A stretch of 64,000 nucleotides of DNA, taken from assembly GCA_900316395.1 (NCBI GenBank), contig ONCT01000001.1, forward strand, positions 30,087 through 94,086. Reading direction: 5' to 3'. Both the position numbers and the translations under genes were made by a program. A model generated the notes under the pieces. The model was not told the origin of the DNA. It did no database searches and worked only from the letters and a program-made list of their open reading frames with translations. The first letter of the stretch is position 1, and each line of letters opens with the position of its first letter. Below, in pieces: positions 9,046 to 18,535 of this stretch. This DNA comes from an uncultured Lachnospiraceae bacterium. GTDB taxonomy: Bacteria > Bacillota > Clostridia > Lachnospirales > Lachnospiraceae.

Positions 9046-10469
9046 TGAGATGTAGAGGCTCTATAACCTTATTTATGTGCATGACAATTATGATGATAAC
9101 TTCACTAGGATTTACCCTAATAGAGACAAGTAGATTCTATGGAGTGGATAGCAAGGCGGTGCTTGTTACATCAACCACAGCAGACAATACGTTTTCAGAG
9201 TATATAAGGCCGTTGTGGGAGCAGTATGGAATCCTTGGAATTGACAGAAGCCATGGAACAGGAGATGAGGGTGATGGATTCCTTCGGGATAGAATACTTG
9301 ATTTTGCCAACATGCAGACACAGGGAAATGTGGACTATCTGTCACTTAATCCTATTGATGTAAGTATCGATGATTATATGCTTCTAACAGATAGTGATGG
9401 TGCTCCATTTATTCACGAAGCTGCGATATGTTACAGGGATAATATAGGGAAGGAATTAACGTCTAAGGTAAACGATAACTCTCGCGAAGTAAGTAACTAT
9501 GAAAACCTTAATCCCATGAGTTTGCCTGCAAAGAATAGTTCGGATGAAGATAATAATCTTAATCTCACAGAGGAGCAGATAAGAAAAGGTTCTAGCATGG
9601 TTGAAGATGTTAATTCCTTCAAGAGTAGAGGTATTCTAGAACAGGTTATTCCAAGTGATAAGGAGGTGTCTGCAGAATCCTTTAATCTAAGTGAAAGTGT
9701 ATCTCATAGGAACTTGCACAAAGGTAATTCTAAGAATTCCACTAAGGCGTCTTCGCTAGATAAGATAGTGTTCTCTATGTATTTGAAGGACAGGCTTTCG
9801 CATTTTGGAAAGGACTTGGGACATGGAGGTCTTAAGTACGAACTAGAATATATTGTATCTGGAAATGATAACGATACTGATAACCTCAAGGGTGTTGTTG
9901 GAAGACTTCTAGCCCTAAGAGGAAGTGTGAATTATGTCGCGTTATATAGGGATGAAGCAAGGTGTAATCAAGCCTTGGCGCTGTCTGCAGCTTTGCTGGC
10001 ATGGACAGGTAACAAGGGAGCAATTGATGCAGGTAAATATGCAATTATGGCAGCATGGGCTTATATGGAAGGCGTATTAGATGTACGACTTTTACTAGAT
10101 GGTGGCAAGATATCAATGATTAAGTCACAGGAAGAATGGACAAGTGATTTGTTTAATATAGGAGCATGTATGAGTCCTGATTTTAAAGCCAGAAATTGCG
10201 AGACGGGAATGAGTTATGAGGATTATATTCTTGCATTCCTGGTATTAGAGTCTTCTCGTAATGAGAGCATGCGTTCCCTTGATGTAATAGAGAATTCTAT
10301 GAATTCCATACCATATTATGAGAATCTTAAGATGGATAATTTAATCTGCGATATGGATATTACTATAGAGTATGAAGCAGATCCAATGTTTTTTAGTCTT
10401 GTGACCTTAGATGTTCCATTTCTTGATTTTTATCAGTTTAAGAAAAAAGAGTATCGTTCATATTTATAA
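9045..10469 (+). CDS. Tad-locus membrane-anchored protein (TadE/TadG-like N-terminus, function unknown)
   Basis: 474 aa. N-terminal hydrophobic segment ITLFMCMTIMMITSLGFTLIETSRF resembles pseudopilin/TadE leaders. Start overlaps the flp stop. Confidence 0.45.
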   Translation: MRCRGSITLFMCMTIMMITSLGFTLIETSRFYGVDSKAVLVTSTTADNTFSEYIRPLWEQYGILGIDRSHGTGDEGDGFLRDRILDFANMQTQGNVDYLSLNPIDVSIDDYMLLTDSDGAPFIHEAAICYRDNIGKELTSKVNDNSREVSNYENLNPMSLPAKNSSDEDNNLNLTEEQIRKGSSMVEDVNSFKSRGILEQVIPSDKEVSAESFNLSESVSHRNLHKGNSKNSTKASSLDKIVFSMYLKDRLSHFGKDLGHGGLKYELEYIVSGNDNDTDNLKGVVGRLLALRGSVNYVALYRDEARCNQALALSAALLAWTGNKGAIDAGKYAIMAAWAYMEGVLDVRLLLDGGKISMIKSQEEWTSDLFNIGACMSPDFKARNCETGMSYEDYILAFLVLESSRNESMRSLDVIENSMNSIPYYENLKMDNLICDMDITIEYEADPMFFSLVTLDVPFLDFYQFKKKEYRSYL

Positions 10470-10494
10470 AATTTTAACGAAAGGAGGTTGTATA

Positions 10495-11355
10495 GTGGTG
10501 TCTCTTTCTATTTTAAAACCCGTTCAAAAGTTACGATTTAATCCAAAAATAAAATATAAGAGAATCTTGACATCTTCAGAAAAAAATTGTCTTAATCCAA
10601 AAGAGACACCACTATGCAACCTCCGGTTAAAAGCATCTTATACTGTTGAAGCTGCGTTTATTCTGCCAATAAGCTTGTTGATGGTTGTGTTCTTCTTGTA
10701 TTTTTTTCGTGTGCTCTATGTACAGTGGGGTGTAGATTATACCCTCAATAAGACAGCCAGACAACACGCAGCGTTAATTACAGATAATGGTGAAGAAAGC
10801 GGACTCGTAATCATAGGACAATGCAGGGCGTTAATTGTGTCTATGGATAGAGTTAATTCAGAGATAATAGGTGGCATATTAGGTTTAGATTTTTCTGAAT
10901 CAGAGTTTGATAAGAATTATGTTAATCTCGTGTGTAATTACAGACTTAAGAATCCTATTACACTATTTGGCAAGAAGACAATTAAGATGTCTAGTGTTGC
11001 GGTTAGCAGGAAATGGGTAGGATATGACCCATTAGAATCGAGTGATGCAGGAGAATATGTTTATGTAACGAAGTATGGACAGGCATATCATAGGAGTCTA
11101 AGCTGTCCATATCTAAAGCCATCAATTCATGCATTGAGTGCGAGTATGGTGGGAGATTCAAGGAACATTTCCGGTGGGAAATATAAGTCATGTCCATTGT
11201 GTAAGGGTAAGAAGAATTTAGGAACAGTATATATTACAGATTACGGAGATGTATATCATAGTAGTCTTAATTGTTCTGCTCTTAAGAGAAGTGTTAATCG
11301 AATCAAGCTAGAGGATGCAGGAGCATATCATGCATGTGGCAAATGTGGGAATTAG
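10495..11355 (+). CDS. TadE-like protein with C-terminal Cys/His-rich repeat domain
   Basis: GTG start after GGAGG. TadE-like KASYTVEAAFILPISLLMVVFF. The C-terminus carries YVYVTKYGQAYHRSLSCPYLK, VYITDYGDVYHSSLNCSALK and YHACGKCG motifs. Confidence 0.55.
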   Translation: MVSLSILKPVQKLRFNPKIKYKRILTSSEKNCLNPKETPLCNLRLKASYTVEAAFILPISLLMVVFFLYFFRVLYVQWGVDYTLNKTARQHAALITDNGEESGLVIIGQCRALIVSMDRVNSEIIGGILGLDFSESEFDKNYVNLVCNYRLKNPITLFGKKTIKMSSVAVSRKWVGYDPLESSDAGEYVYVTKYGQAYHRSLSCPYLKPSIHALSASMVGDSRNISGGKYKSCPLCKGKKNLGTVYITDYGDVYHSSLNCSALKRSVNRIKLEDAGAYHACGKCGN

Positions 11356-11387
11356 TTGAGTGAAATAATAGTTTATAAGGAGATGTT

Positions 11388-11816
11388 ATGGAAGCAGTAG
11401 GTTTGTTAGGTTTACTGGGTATATGTGGCTTTGAAGATTATAAGCTGAAGAGAATAAGGCTTGTTGTTGTTAATTGTTTTGCAATACTTGGAGTAGTATT
11501 CCATCTAATATATGGGCGAATTTCCTGGATAGACATGTTAGGTGGAGCGTCTGTAGGAGTAGTGCTTCTGGTAATAGGATATTTGACAAAAGAAAAGATA
11601 GGATATGGAGATGGAATATTATTTGTAGCAACAGGGATATATCTTGGGTTTTGGAATAATCTGATTCTCCTATGGCTTTCCACAAGTCTTGCTGGAATAT
11701 ATGGAATAGTTTTGATGCTTTTGAAGAAGAAAAAGAAGGATAGCGAGATACCGCTAGTTCCATTTGTGTTAGGGGTATATGTTGTAACTCTTATTTTCAA
11801 TGGAGGTGCGTTATGA
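11388..11816 (+). CDS. A24-family prepilin peptidase (short form), copy 2
   Basis: 142 aa polytopic protein. Asp in CGFEDYKLKRI and the second motif GYGDGILFVATG. Confidence 0.65.
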   Translation: MEAVGLLGLLGICGFEDYKLKRIRLVVVNCFAILGVVFHLIYGRISWIDMLGGASVGVVLLVIGYLTKEKIGYGDGILFVATGIYLGFWNNLILLWLSTSLAGIYGIVLMLLKKKKKDSEIPLVPFVLGVYVVTLIFNGGAL

Positions 11817-12088
11817 GTGATATAGACAGTAACAATTCTACAGAGCGTAGGTTGGAAGATACAGAAGATATGATGGGATGCTTCAAGGCAAGCCTTACTG
11901 TAGAGGCATCATTTATTATGGTGATTACCATGGGAGTTCTAGTGGCACTTTTTTTACTTATGTTTACGGCATATCACGAGAATGTAGATTTTATAACAAC
12001 TATGATGAGAGATTATAGCGTCGATAGCGTTAAGGAATTTAGAGAAATATGTGCTTTTAAGCAGTTTGAGTTAATGGGAGGCGAATAA
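11813..12088 (+). CDS. small TadE-like pseudopilin-type protein
   Basis: 91 aa. FKASLTVEASFIMVITMGVLVALFLLMF matches the TadE N-terminal motif. Translationally coupled on both sides. Confidence 0.55.
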   Translation: MSDIDSNNSTERRLEDTEDMMGCFKASLTVEASFIMVITMGVLVALFLLMFTAYHENVDFITTMMRDYSVDSVKEFREICAFKQFELMGGE

Positions 12089-13275
12089 TGGAATACAGGT
12101 TCAAGAGAGATTTGAAGAATAGCTTTATGATAGCCAAGGCAACCTTTGATGACATGGGCTATGAGAAGGATATCTTAATGTATAATGATATAGACATATT
12201 AGTACCCTTTCATACAGTGAGTATCAATAATGAGATGCAGGTATGGTACGACATAACAGGACTAGTGTCCTTGAAGGATTATCTGATGCAGCAGGGTATT
12301 ACGCTAGATTTAATTAGGAAGGTATTAGTTTATCTTAAGATAGCTATTGATGAGACCGAGAGATATCTTATTGACGTTAACCATCTTATTATAGATGCTA
12401 ATACAATTTATGTAGTGAAGAATAATTCTGAGTGGAAGCTAATGCTTATATACTATCCAGATAATGAAGACGGAAGTAGCCTTGATAAGTTAACGGAATT
12501 TCTTATGGAGAATGCTGATGACAAGCTTATGGATACATGTATTAGATTATATGACGAATCCCTTAACGGAGTTGGAATTGATGGACTAATAAGCATTATA
12601 GATGAAGATAGAGATTGCGAAGAGGTGGCTGTGTCAGTAGAGGAAGATGACGAAGAAGAGGAGGAGAGATTATTTGAGCCTGTTGATGACGGTGGAGATA
12701 TCTTCGAAGAAGAGGAGGAGCCTACTTTAATAGATAAGATAAAAGACATTATACTAAGCAGGATAAAAGGCGAAAACGACGACAGCAAGAGTCTGCTTGA
12801 ATTTAAGAAAAACGTGCCTAAGGTTGAGAGATTCAAAAAGTCGAAAAGAAATAAGAATAGAAGAAATGAATTATCAGAAGATTTCATATATGAACCTGAC
12901 CAACAGATATATGAACCGACAGTATTATTAACTTCTTTAGATGATAATGAAAATAATATGAGTAGCAGGCCCCGGAAAATGATAGTAGAGTTACAGTATA
13001 TGGGGGATAACAAGAAGGATAATATTAGAATTACTAAGGATGTGTTTCTGCTAGGTTCGTCTGAGGAAGGCAATGACGGTGTAATAGATTCTCCTGTTGT
13101 TAGTCGTTATCATGCCAGGATTAGAAGAGAAGGGCGGGGGATATATATTGAAGACTTGAATTCTACTAACGGAACATCTGTGAATGGAGAGTTGTTAGGA
13201 TATCAAGAGAAGGTGGAGATTAAATCAGGCGACGAGATAATGTTTGCTGATGAATGTTACAGGATAGTGTCTTAG
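12088..13275 (+). CDS. FHA-domain protein (Tad-locus associated)
   Basis: C-terminal FHA signature VVSRYHARIRREGRGIYIEDLNSTNGTSVNGELL. Acidic and then basic low-complexity linker. N-terminal domain is uncharacterised. Confidence 0.75.
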   Translation: MEYRFKRDLKNSFMIAKATFDDMGYEKDILMYNDIDILVPFHTVSINNEMQVWYDITGLVSLKDYLMQQGITLDLIRKVLVYLKIAIDETERYLIDVNHLIIDANTIYVVKNNSEWKLMLIYYPDNEDGSSLDKLTEFLMENADDKLMDTCIRLYDESLNGVGIDGLISIIDEDRDCEEVAVSVEEDDEEEEERLFEPVDDGGDIFEEEEEPTLIDKIKDIILSRIKGENDDSKSLLEFKKNVPKVERFKKSKRNKNRRNELSEDFIYEPDQQIYEPTVLLTSLDDNENNMSSRPRKMIVELQYMGDNKKDNIRITKDVFLLGSSEEGNDGVIDSPVVSRYHARIRREGRGIYIEDLNSTNGTSVNGELLGYQEKVEIKSGDEIMFADECYRIVS

Positions 13276-13307
13276 GGTGCTTTTAAGGCTTGAACATTTG
13301 GCGAGTA

Positions 13308-13356
13308 AATGATATAGTCATTAACGGATGGACGGTATCTATGATAGAACCGTACC
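13308..13356 (+). promoter_or_regulatory. two tandem hairpins in the pan operon leader (candidate pan-type RNA element)
   Basis: AAUGA-uauag-UCAUU (13308-13322), and GGACGGUAUCUA-uga-UAGAACCGUACC with unpaired A residues (13330-13356). They lie 50-100 nt upstream of the first pan gene. Confidence 0.3.
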
Positions 13357-13407
13357 GGAATATAGTCTTAATGAAACAACATCACTTCCGAATAAGGAGG
13401 CGATGAT

Positions 13408-14247
13408 ATGAGAATAGGATTTATCGGCGCAGGAAAGGTAGGATTCTCCCTGGGCAGATACCTTACAGAACATGAGTATACCGTAACAGGATACTACAGC
13501 AAAAGCCTGGCATCGGCTGAAGATGCCGCCCAATTTACCGAAACAAATAAATACGAAACAATGAAACAGCTTGTTGAAGTGAGTGATGTTTTGTTTCTTA
13601 CTGTACCAGACGGTGAGATACCTGTGGTATGGGAAAGACTTAAAGAGATTGATCTTAATAATAAAATAATCTGTCATACTAGTGGGGCTCTTGGCTCCGA
13701 AGTATTTTCTGGTATGGAGAACCAAAAAGTTTATGGTTTTTCAGTTCATCCTATCCTGGCGATTTCAGACAAATACGAATCATATAAGGATATACAGTCA
13801 GCTTTTTTTACAATTGAAGGAAGTAGCGAAAAAATCGATGAAGTAGCTGGTATTTTTCTTAAATGCAAAAACAGGGTGCAGATAATTGACTCTTCCCAGA
13901 AGATAAAATATCATGCGGCCTGTAGTATTGTGAGCAATTTCGCAGTTACTCTCGCAGATATGGCAGGAAGGATGCTGCTAGAATGTGGTTTTGAAGAGAA
14001 AACCATATTTGAGACCATGGGACCACTTATCCTTGGGAATGCTCATAACATTGTAGAAAAAGGAACGGTTGAAGCACTTACTGGACCTATTGAAAGAGGA
14101 GATATAGAAACCGTAGAAAAACATATGAGCGTACTTCGAGGAGATGAGCTTTCTCTTTATAAGGCATTAGCTAGAAGAACCCTTTGCCTTGCTAAGGAGA
14201 AGAATCCTAATAGAAACTACAACAGTATGATGGAGGTTTTAGAGTGA
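13408..14247 (+). CDS. Rossmann-fold NAD(P)-binding / DUF2520-type oxidoreductase (candidate ketopantoate reductase)
   Basis: [19 protein letters not shown] dinucleotide-binding motif. C-terminal helical domain. First gene of the pan operon, with its stop overlapping the panB start. Confidence 0.6.
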   Translation: MRIGFIGAGKVGFSLGRYLTEHEYTVTGYYSKSLASAEDAAQFTETNKYETMKQLVEVSDVLFLTVPDGEIPVVWERLKEIDLNNKIICHTSGALGSEVFSGMENQKVYGFSVHPILAISDKYESYKDIQSAFFTIEGSSEKIDEVAGIFLKCKNRVQIIDSSQKIKYHAACSIVSNFAVTLADMAGRMLLECGFEEKTIFETMGPLILGNAHNIVEKGTVEALTGPIERGDIETVEKHMSVLRGDELSLYKALARRTLCLAKEKNPNRNYNSMMEVLE

Positions 14248-15083
14248 AAAGCACAATATTAACACTAAAAAAACAAAAAGAAGAAGGAAACAAAATAACC
14301 ATGCTTACGGCCTATGACTATTCGGTTGCAAAGCTTATAGATGCAGCAGGAATTGATATCATCCTTGTGGGAGATTCCCTTGGTATGGCCATGCTTGGAT
14401 ACGAAGATACTCTTCCGGTTACAATGGAGGATATGATACATCACACAGCGTGTGTAAGCAGGGGCGCCAAAGATGCTTTTGTAATTGCCGATATGCCATT
14501 TATGTCATATCAGACATCTGTATATGATGCAGTGTACAATGCAGGAAGACTTATCAAAGAAGGGCATGCCCAGGCAATAAAGCTTGAGGGTGGTGCAAGT
14601 GTCTGTGAGCAGATTAAAGCCATAACTAAGACGGGCATACCGGTGTGTGCCCATGTGGGAATGACACCTCAGTCTACCAATGCTTTTGGCGGGTTTAAGG
14701 TACAGGGCAAAGACATACAGAAGGCAAAGCAGATTGTGGAAGATGCTTTAAGCGTGCAGGAGGCTGGCGCTTTTATGGTTACGCTTGAATGTATCCCTGA
14801 AAAGCTTGCATCCTTCATTACAGAAATTCTTGATATACCAACCATAGGTATAGGAGCTGGTAACGGATGTGATGGACAGGTGCTTGTATACCAGGACATG
14901 TTGGGAATGTTTACGGATTTTAAGCCTAAGTTTGTAAAATATTTTGCCAATGTTGGAGATGCAATGACTAAGGCCTTCGAATCTTATAGAGACGAGGTAA
15001 AGTCTGGAGCATATCCAGCGAAAGAACATACTTTCAAGATAGATGATGAGATAATGGAAGATATATATAAGGAGTACAGATAG
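14244..15083 (+). CDS. panB: 3-methyl-2-oxobutanoate hydroxymethyltransferase
   Basis: [29 protein letters not shown] and the rest align with PanB. GTG start. Confidence 0.9.
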   Translation: MKSTILTLKKQKEEGNKITMLTAYDYSVAKLIDAAGIDIILVGDSLGMAMLGYEDTLPVTMEDMIHHTACVSRGAKDAFVIADMPFMSYQTSVYDAVYNAGRLIKEGHAQAIKLEGGASVCEQIKAITKTGIPVCAHVGMTPQSTNAFGGFKVQGKDIQKAKQIVEDALSVQEAGAFMVTLECIPEKLASFITEILDIPTIGIGAGNGCDGQVLVYQDMLGMFTDFKPKFVKYFANVGDAMTKAFESYRDEVKSGAYPAKEHTFKIDDEIMEDIYKEYR

Positions 15084-15935
15084 ATGAAAGTAACAGTTAC
15101 AAGAACGCCGGCAGAAGTAAAAGAGGTAATCAAGGACTGGAAAAAACAAGGATACAGCATAGGACTTGTCCCAACAATGGGATACCTTCATGAGGGCCAC
15201 GGCTCTTTGATAAAGAAGGCAGTTGAAGAAAATGACAAGGTTATGGTAAGTGTATTTGTAAACCCTATACAGTTTGGGCCTAATGAAGATCTTGAAACAT
15301 ATCCCCGTGATTTTGATGCAGATTTGAAAATGATAGAAAGCCTTGGGGCTGATATGGTATTTCATCCAGAACCTTCTGATATGTATGCATCAGATTTTTC
15401 CACAACCATAAGTGTAGCGGGAGTTTCTGAAAACCTGTGTGGTGCTAGAAGGCCGGGACATTTTAACGGTGTGTGCACTGTAGTTACGAAGCTTTTTAAT
15501 CTGTCAGAAGCTGACAGAGCGTATTTTGGTCAGAAAGATGCTCAGCAGCTTGCTGTTGTAAGAAGAATGGTAAGAGACTTGAATGCCAACATAGAAATTA
15601 TTGGATGTCCCATAATAAGAGAAGATGATGGATTGGCTAAAAGTTCAAGAAACACATATCTTAGTTCGGAAGAAAGAAAAGCGGCAACTGTGCTTAATAA
15701 GGCATTATGCGCTGGAAAGCAGATGGTCGAAGAGGGAGAAAAGAGTGCTTTGACTGTAAAATTAAGGATTGAAGATATAATTTCCAAAGAACCTCTTGCG
15801 AAAATTGACTATGTAGAAATAACGGACTGGAATTCTATTGAACCTGTTGATATAATAGATGGTAGTATTCTATGTGCTATAGCAGTTTATATAGGTAATA
15901 CAAGACTTATCGATAACTTTATATATGAGGTATAA
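15084..15935 (+). CDS. panC: pantoate--beta-alanine ligase
   Basis: [15 protein letters not shown] (HIGH-type motif) and overall PanC length. Confidence 0.9.
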   Translation: MKVTVTRTPAEVKEVIKDWKKQGYSIGLVPTMGYLHEGHGSLIKKAVEENDKVMVSVFVNPIQFGPNEDLETYPRDFDADLKMIESLGADMVFHPEPSDMYASDFSTTISVAGVSENLCGARRPGHFNGVCTVVTKLFNLSEADRAYFGQKDAQQLAVVRRMVRDLNANIEIIGCPIIREDDGLAKSSRNTYLSSEERKAATVLNKALCAGKQMVEEGEKSALTVKLRIEDIISKEPLAKIDYVEITDWNSIEPVDIIDGSILCAIAVYIGNTRLIDNFIYEV

Positions 15936-15937
15936 GA

Positions 15938-16327
15938 ATGCAATTAACAATGTTAAAGGGCAAGATACACAGAGCTGTTGTAAAACAAGCTGATCTTGAT
16001 TATGTGGGTTCTATTACAGTAGATCCGTTGCTTCTTGAAGCGGCTGATATTCTCGAGTATGAGATGGTTCAGATTGTAGATGTGGAGAATGGCAACAGAT
16101 TTGAGACCTATACCATAGAGGGCGAAAGAGGTTCAGGACAGATTTGTCTTAACGGGGCAGCGGCTCGAATGGTTCGCGAAGGCGATCATATTATCATTAT
16201 GTGTTATTGCAAGATGGATAGAGAAGAAGCAGAATCGCATAAGCCACATGTGGTCTTTGTAGATTCTGACAACAATATAGTTTCTGTGGCCAGATATGAG
16301 AAGCACGGAGAAATAAAGAATTATTAG
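15938..16327 (+). CDS. panD: aspartate 1-decarboxylase
   Basis: [25 protein letters not shown] with the Gly-Ser self-processing site. Confidence 0.9.
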   Translation: MQLTMLKGKIHRAVVKQADLDYVGSITVDPLLLEAADILEYEMVQIVDVENGNRFETYTIEGERGSGQICLNGAAARMVREGDHIIIMCYCKMDREEAESHKPHVVFVDSDNNIVSVARYEKHGEIKNY

Positions 16328-16335
16328 AGGACAGG

Positions 16336-17526
16336 ATGCTTAAGGGAAAGACAGTTATTCTAGGAGTAAGCGGTTCTATTGCCGCGTATAAAATTGCAAA
16401 TCTATCGTCAATGCTTGTAAAACAGCATGCCAATGTGCACGTGATAATGACGAAGAATGCAACTAATTTTATTAATCCTATTACATTTGAGACGCTTACA
16501 AATAATAAATGTATAGTAGATACATTTGACAGAAATTATGAGTTCAATGTAGAGCATGTATCACTTGCTTCTAAGGCGGATTGCATGATGATTGCGCCTG
16601 CTAGTGCAGATATTATTGCCAAGCTAAAGTGTGGTATTGCTGATGATATGCTCACAACAACGGCATTGGCAATGGAAGGCGCTATGCTTGTTGCCCCTGC
16701 CATGAATACACATATGTATGAGAAAAAGGTGACCCAGGATAATATAGCGGCACTTAAGGAATATGGATATGAGGTGATTGAGCCGGCAGAAGGACATTTG
16801 GCATGCGGTGATGTGGGCAAGGGTAAGATGCCGGAGCCTGAAGTTTTACTCGAATATATTTATAAGGCTATTCTAAGAGAGAAGGATATGGCAGGTAAGA
16901 AAGTACTTGTCACTGCAGGGCCTACCAGAGAGGCTTTTGATCCTGTAAGATTCATAAGCAACCATTCAACCGGTAAGATGGGATATGCTCTTGCAAGGGA
17001 AGCGGCAGCAAGAGGAGCTGAAGTCGTACTTATATCAGGACCTGTTAATATAGAGAGAATCCCATATGTACAGACTGTGGATATAATTAGTGCAAAGGAT
17101 ATGTATGAGGAATGCGTTAAATATTTCCCTGAAGCTGACATATTGATTAAAGCTGCAGCAGTTGCCGACTATAGACCTAAAGATATCTCAGGAGAGAAGA
17201 TTAAAAAATCGGAATCGAATTCAAGTGTTGAACTTGAAAGGACTGATGATATTATTGCTCACCTTGGTAAGACAAAGAAGGATAATCAGTTTATTTGCGG
17301 CTTTTCAATGGAAACCGAGAATATGATTGAGAATTCACGTACAAAGCTTAATAAAAAAAATATAGATATGATAGTTGCCAATAATCTTAAAACCAAGGGG
17401 GCTGGTTTTGGGACAGATACCAATGTAGTAACATTGATTACAAAGAGCAGTCAAAAGGAACTTGAAATCATGTCTAAAGCAGATGTTGCTCATGAGATTC
17501 TAAATGAGATAGTAAAAAACACATGA
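16336..17526 (+). CDS. coaBC: bifunctional phosphopantothenoylcysteine decarboxylase / phosphopantothenate--cysteine ligase
   Basis: N-terminal flavoprotein GVSGSIAAYK, C-terminal DFP domain, 396 aa. Confidence 0.9.
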   Translation: MLKGKTVILGVSGSIAAYKIANLSSMLVKQHANVHVIMTKNATNFINPITFETLTNNKCIVDTFDRNYEFNVEHVSLASKADCMMIAPASADIIAKLKCGIADDMLTTTALAMEGAMLVAPAMNTHMYEKKVTQDNIAALKEYGYEVIEPAEGHLACGDVGKGKMPEPEVLLEYIYKAILREKDMAGKKVLVTAGPTREAFDPVRFISNHSTGKMGYALAREAAARGAEVVLISGPVNIERIPYVQTVDIISAKDMYEECVKYFPEADILIKAAAVADYRPKDISGEKIKKSESNSSVELERTDDIIAHLGKTKKDNQFICGFSMETENMIENSRTKLNKKNIDMIVANNLKTKGAGFGTDTNVVTLITKSSQKELEIMSKADVAHEILNEIVKNT

Positions 17527-17536
17527 GGAGAAGGCT

Positions 17537-18535
17537 ATGAGAAAAAGAATTGTTGCATTAATAGTAATGTCCGTTCTTGTTATTTCATTACTCAGTGGAT
17601 GCGGTTATGGCAATATTAAGGATGGAGAATCTACGAATACTGTGTGTATAGGTGTTCAGCCATCAGCAGCTTTTATTCCTATGTTCATTGCCAGACATAC
17701 TGGTGAGTTAGAGAAGGCCCTTAAGGAGCAAGGGGTTAATGTAATATGGTTTGACTTCCAATCCGGCCCGCCTATGAATACATCTATTGCCAAAGCAGAG
17801 ACTGACCTTTGTGTATATGGCGATGTGCCAACTGTTTCATCCATAGAGCAGGGAAGTGTGCGTGAGGTTGTTGGAATTACAGCTCAAGCGGCAGATTCTT
17901 ATGCAATAGTGGTTCCTAAGTATTCAACCATTAATTCGCCACAGGATCTTAAGGGTAAGAAGGTTGCCACCGTACTTGGAAGTACTAGTCATAATATGCT
18001 AGATAAATATCTTGCAAGTGGAGGCATGACATTTGATGATATAGAGCTTGTAAGTGGAACAGTGTCTAGCATGCCAGATATGCTTAAAAGTGGGCAGGTA
18101 GATGCTATCTCCTTGTGGGAACCAGGAGTAACCAAGCTTACTGATTTAGGTGATTATAGAATTCTTGCACAGGGTTCAGATTGTGGACTGGCAGGAACCA
18201 ATACAATTGTTGGACGAGAATCATATTGTGAAGTCAACCCTAAGGTGGTTGAGACAATACTTAAGGAATATAAGAAGGCAGCAGATAATATCCCATATAC
18301 GTCTGATGATACATGGGGGTATGTAGCTGACTATCTTGGACTAGATGTAAGTCAGGTTAAGTCTATGTTACCGAAGTATAATTATAGTGTAGCTATTACA
18401 ACACAAGACATAGCATCTCTTAATGATACAATCAAATTCCTAGTTAAGATTGGCAAGCTGCCTAAGGAATACAATATATCAAAATACTGTAATTGCAAGT
18501 ACTATAATGGTGAATACCATAGGAGAAAGAATTAA
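17537..18535 (+). CDS. lipoprotein, NMT1/SsuA-type periplasmic-binding-protein fold (ABC substrate-binding-like)
   Basis: Lipobox LLSGCGYG. Sequence style of NitT/TauT/THI5-type binding proteins. No permease or ATPase gene adjacent. Confidence 0.6.
   Translation: MRKRIVALIVMSVLVISLLSGCGYGNIKDGESTNTVCIGVQPSAAFIPMFIARHTGELEKALKEQGVNVIWFDFQSGPPMNTSIAKAETDLCVYGDVPTVSSIEQGSVREVVGITAQAADSYAIVVPKYSTINSPQDLKGKKVATVLGSTSHNMLDKYLASGGMTFDDIELVSGTVSSMPDMLKSGQVDAISLWEPGVTKLTDLGDYRILAQGSDCGLAGTNTIVGRESYCEVNPKVVETILKEYKKAADNIPYTSDDTWGYVADYLGLDVSQVKSMLPKYNYSVAITTQDIASLNDTIKFLVKIGKLPKEYNISKYCNCKYYNGEYHRRKN

Noticed and set aside
12453-13073. 206-aa minus-strand ORF inside the FHA gene
   Set aside because: It is Ser/Leu-rich low complexity, the antisense of the acidic/basic linker of the + strand gene, which has clear FHA homology and operon coupling.
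13339-13725. 128-aa minus-strand ORF overlapping the pan leader and the DUF2520 gene
   Set aside because: It has no motif. It overlaps a well-supported + strand gene and the structured leader.
14748-15365. 205-aa minus-strand ORF across panB/panC
   Set aside because: It is antisense to two highly conserved genes and its composition is atypical (Phe/Tyr/Cys/Ile rich).
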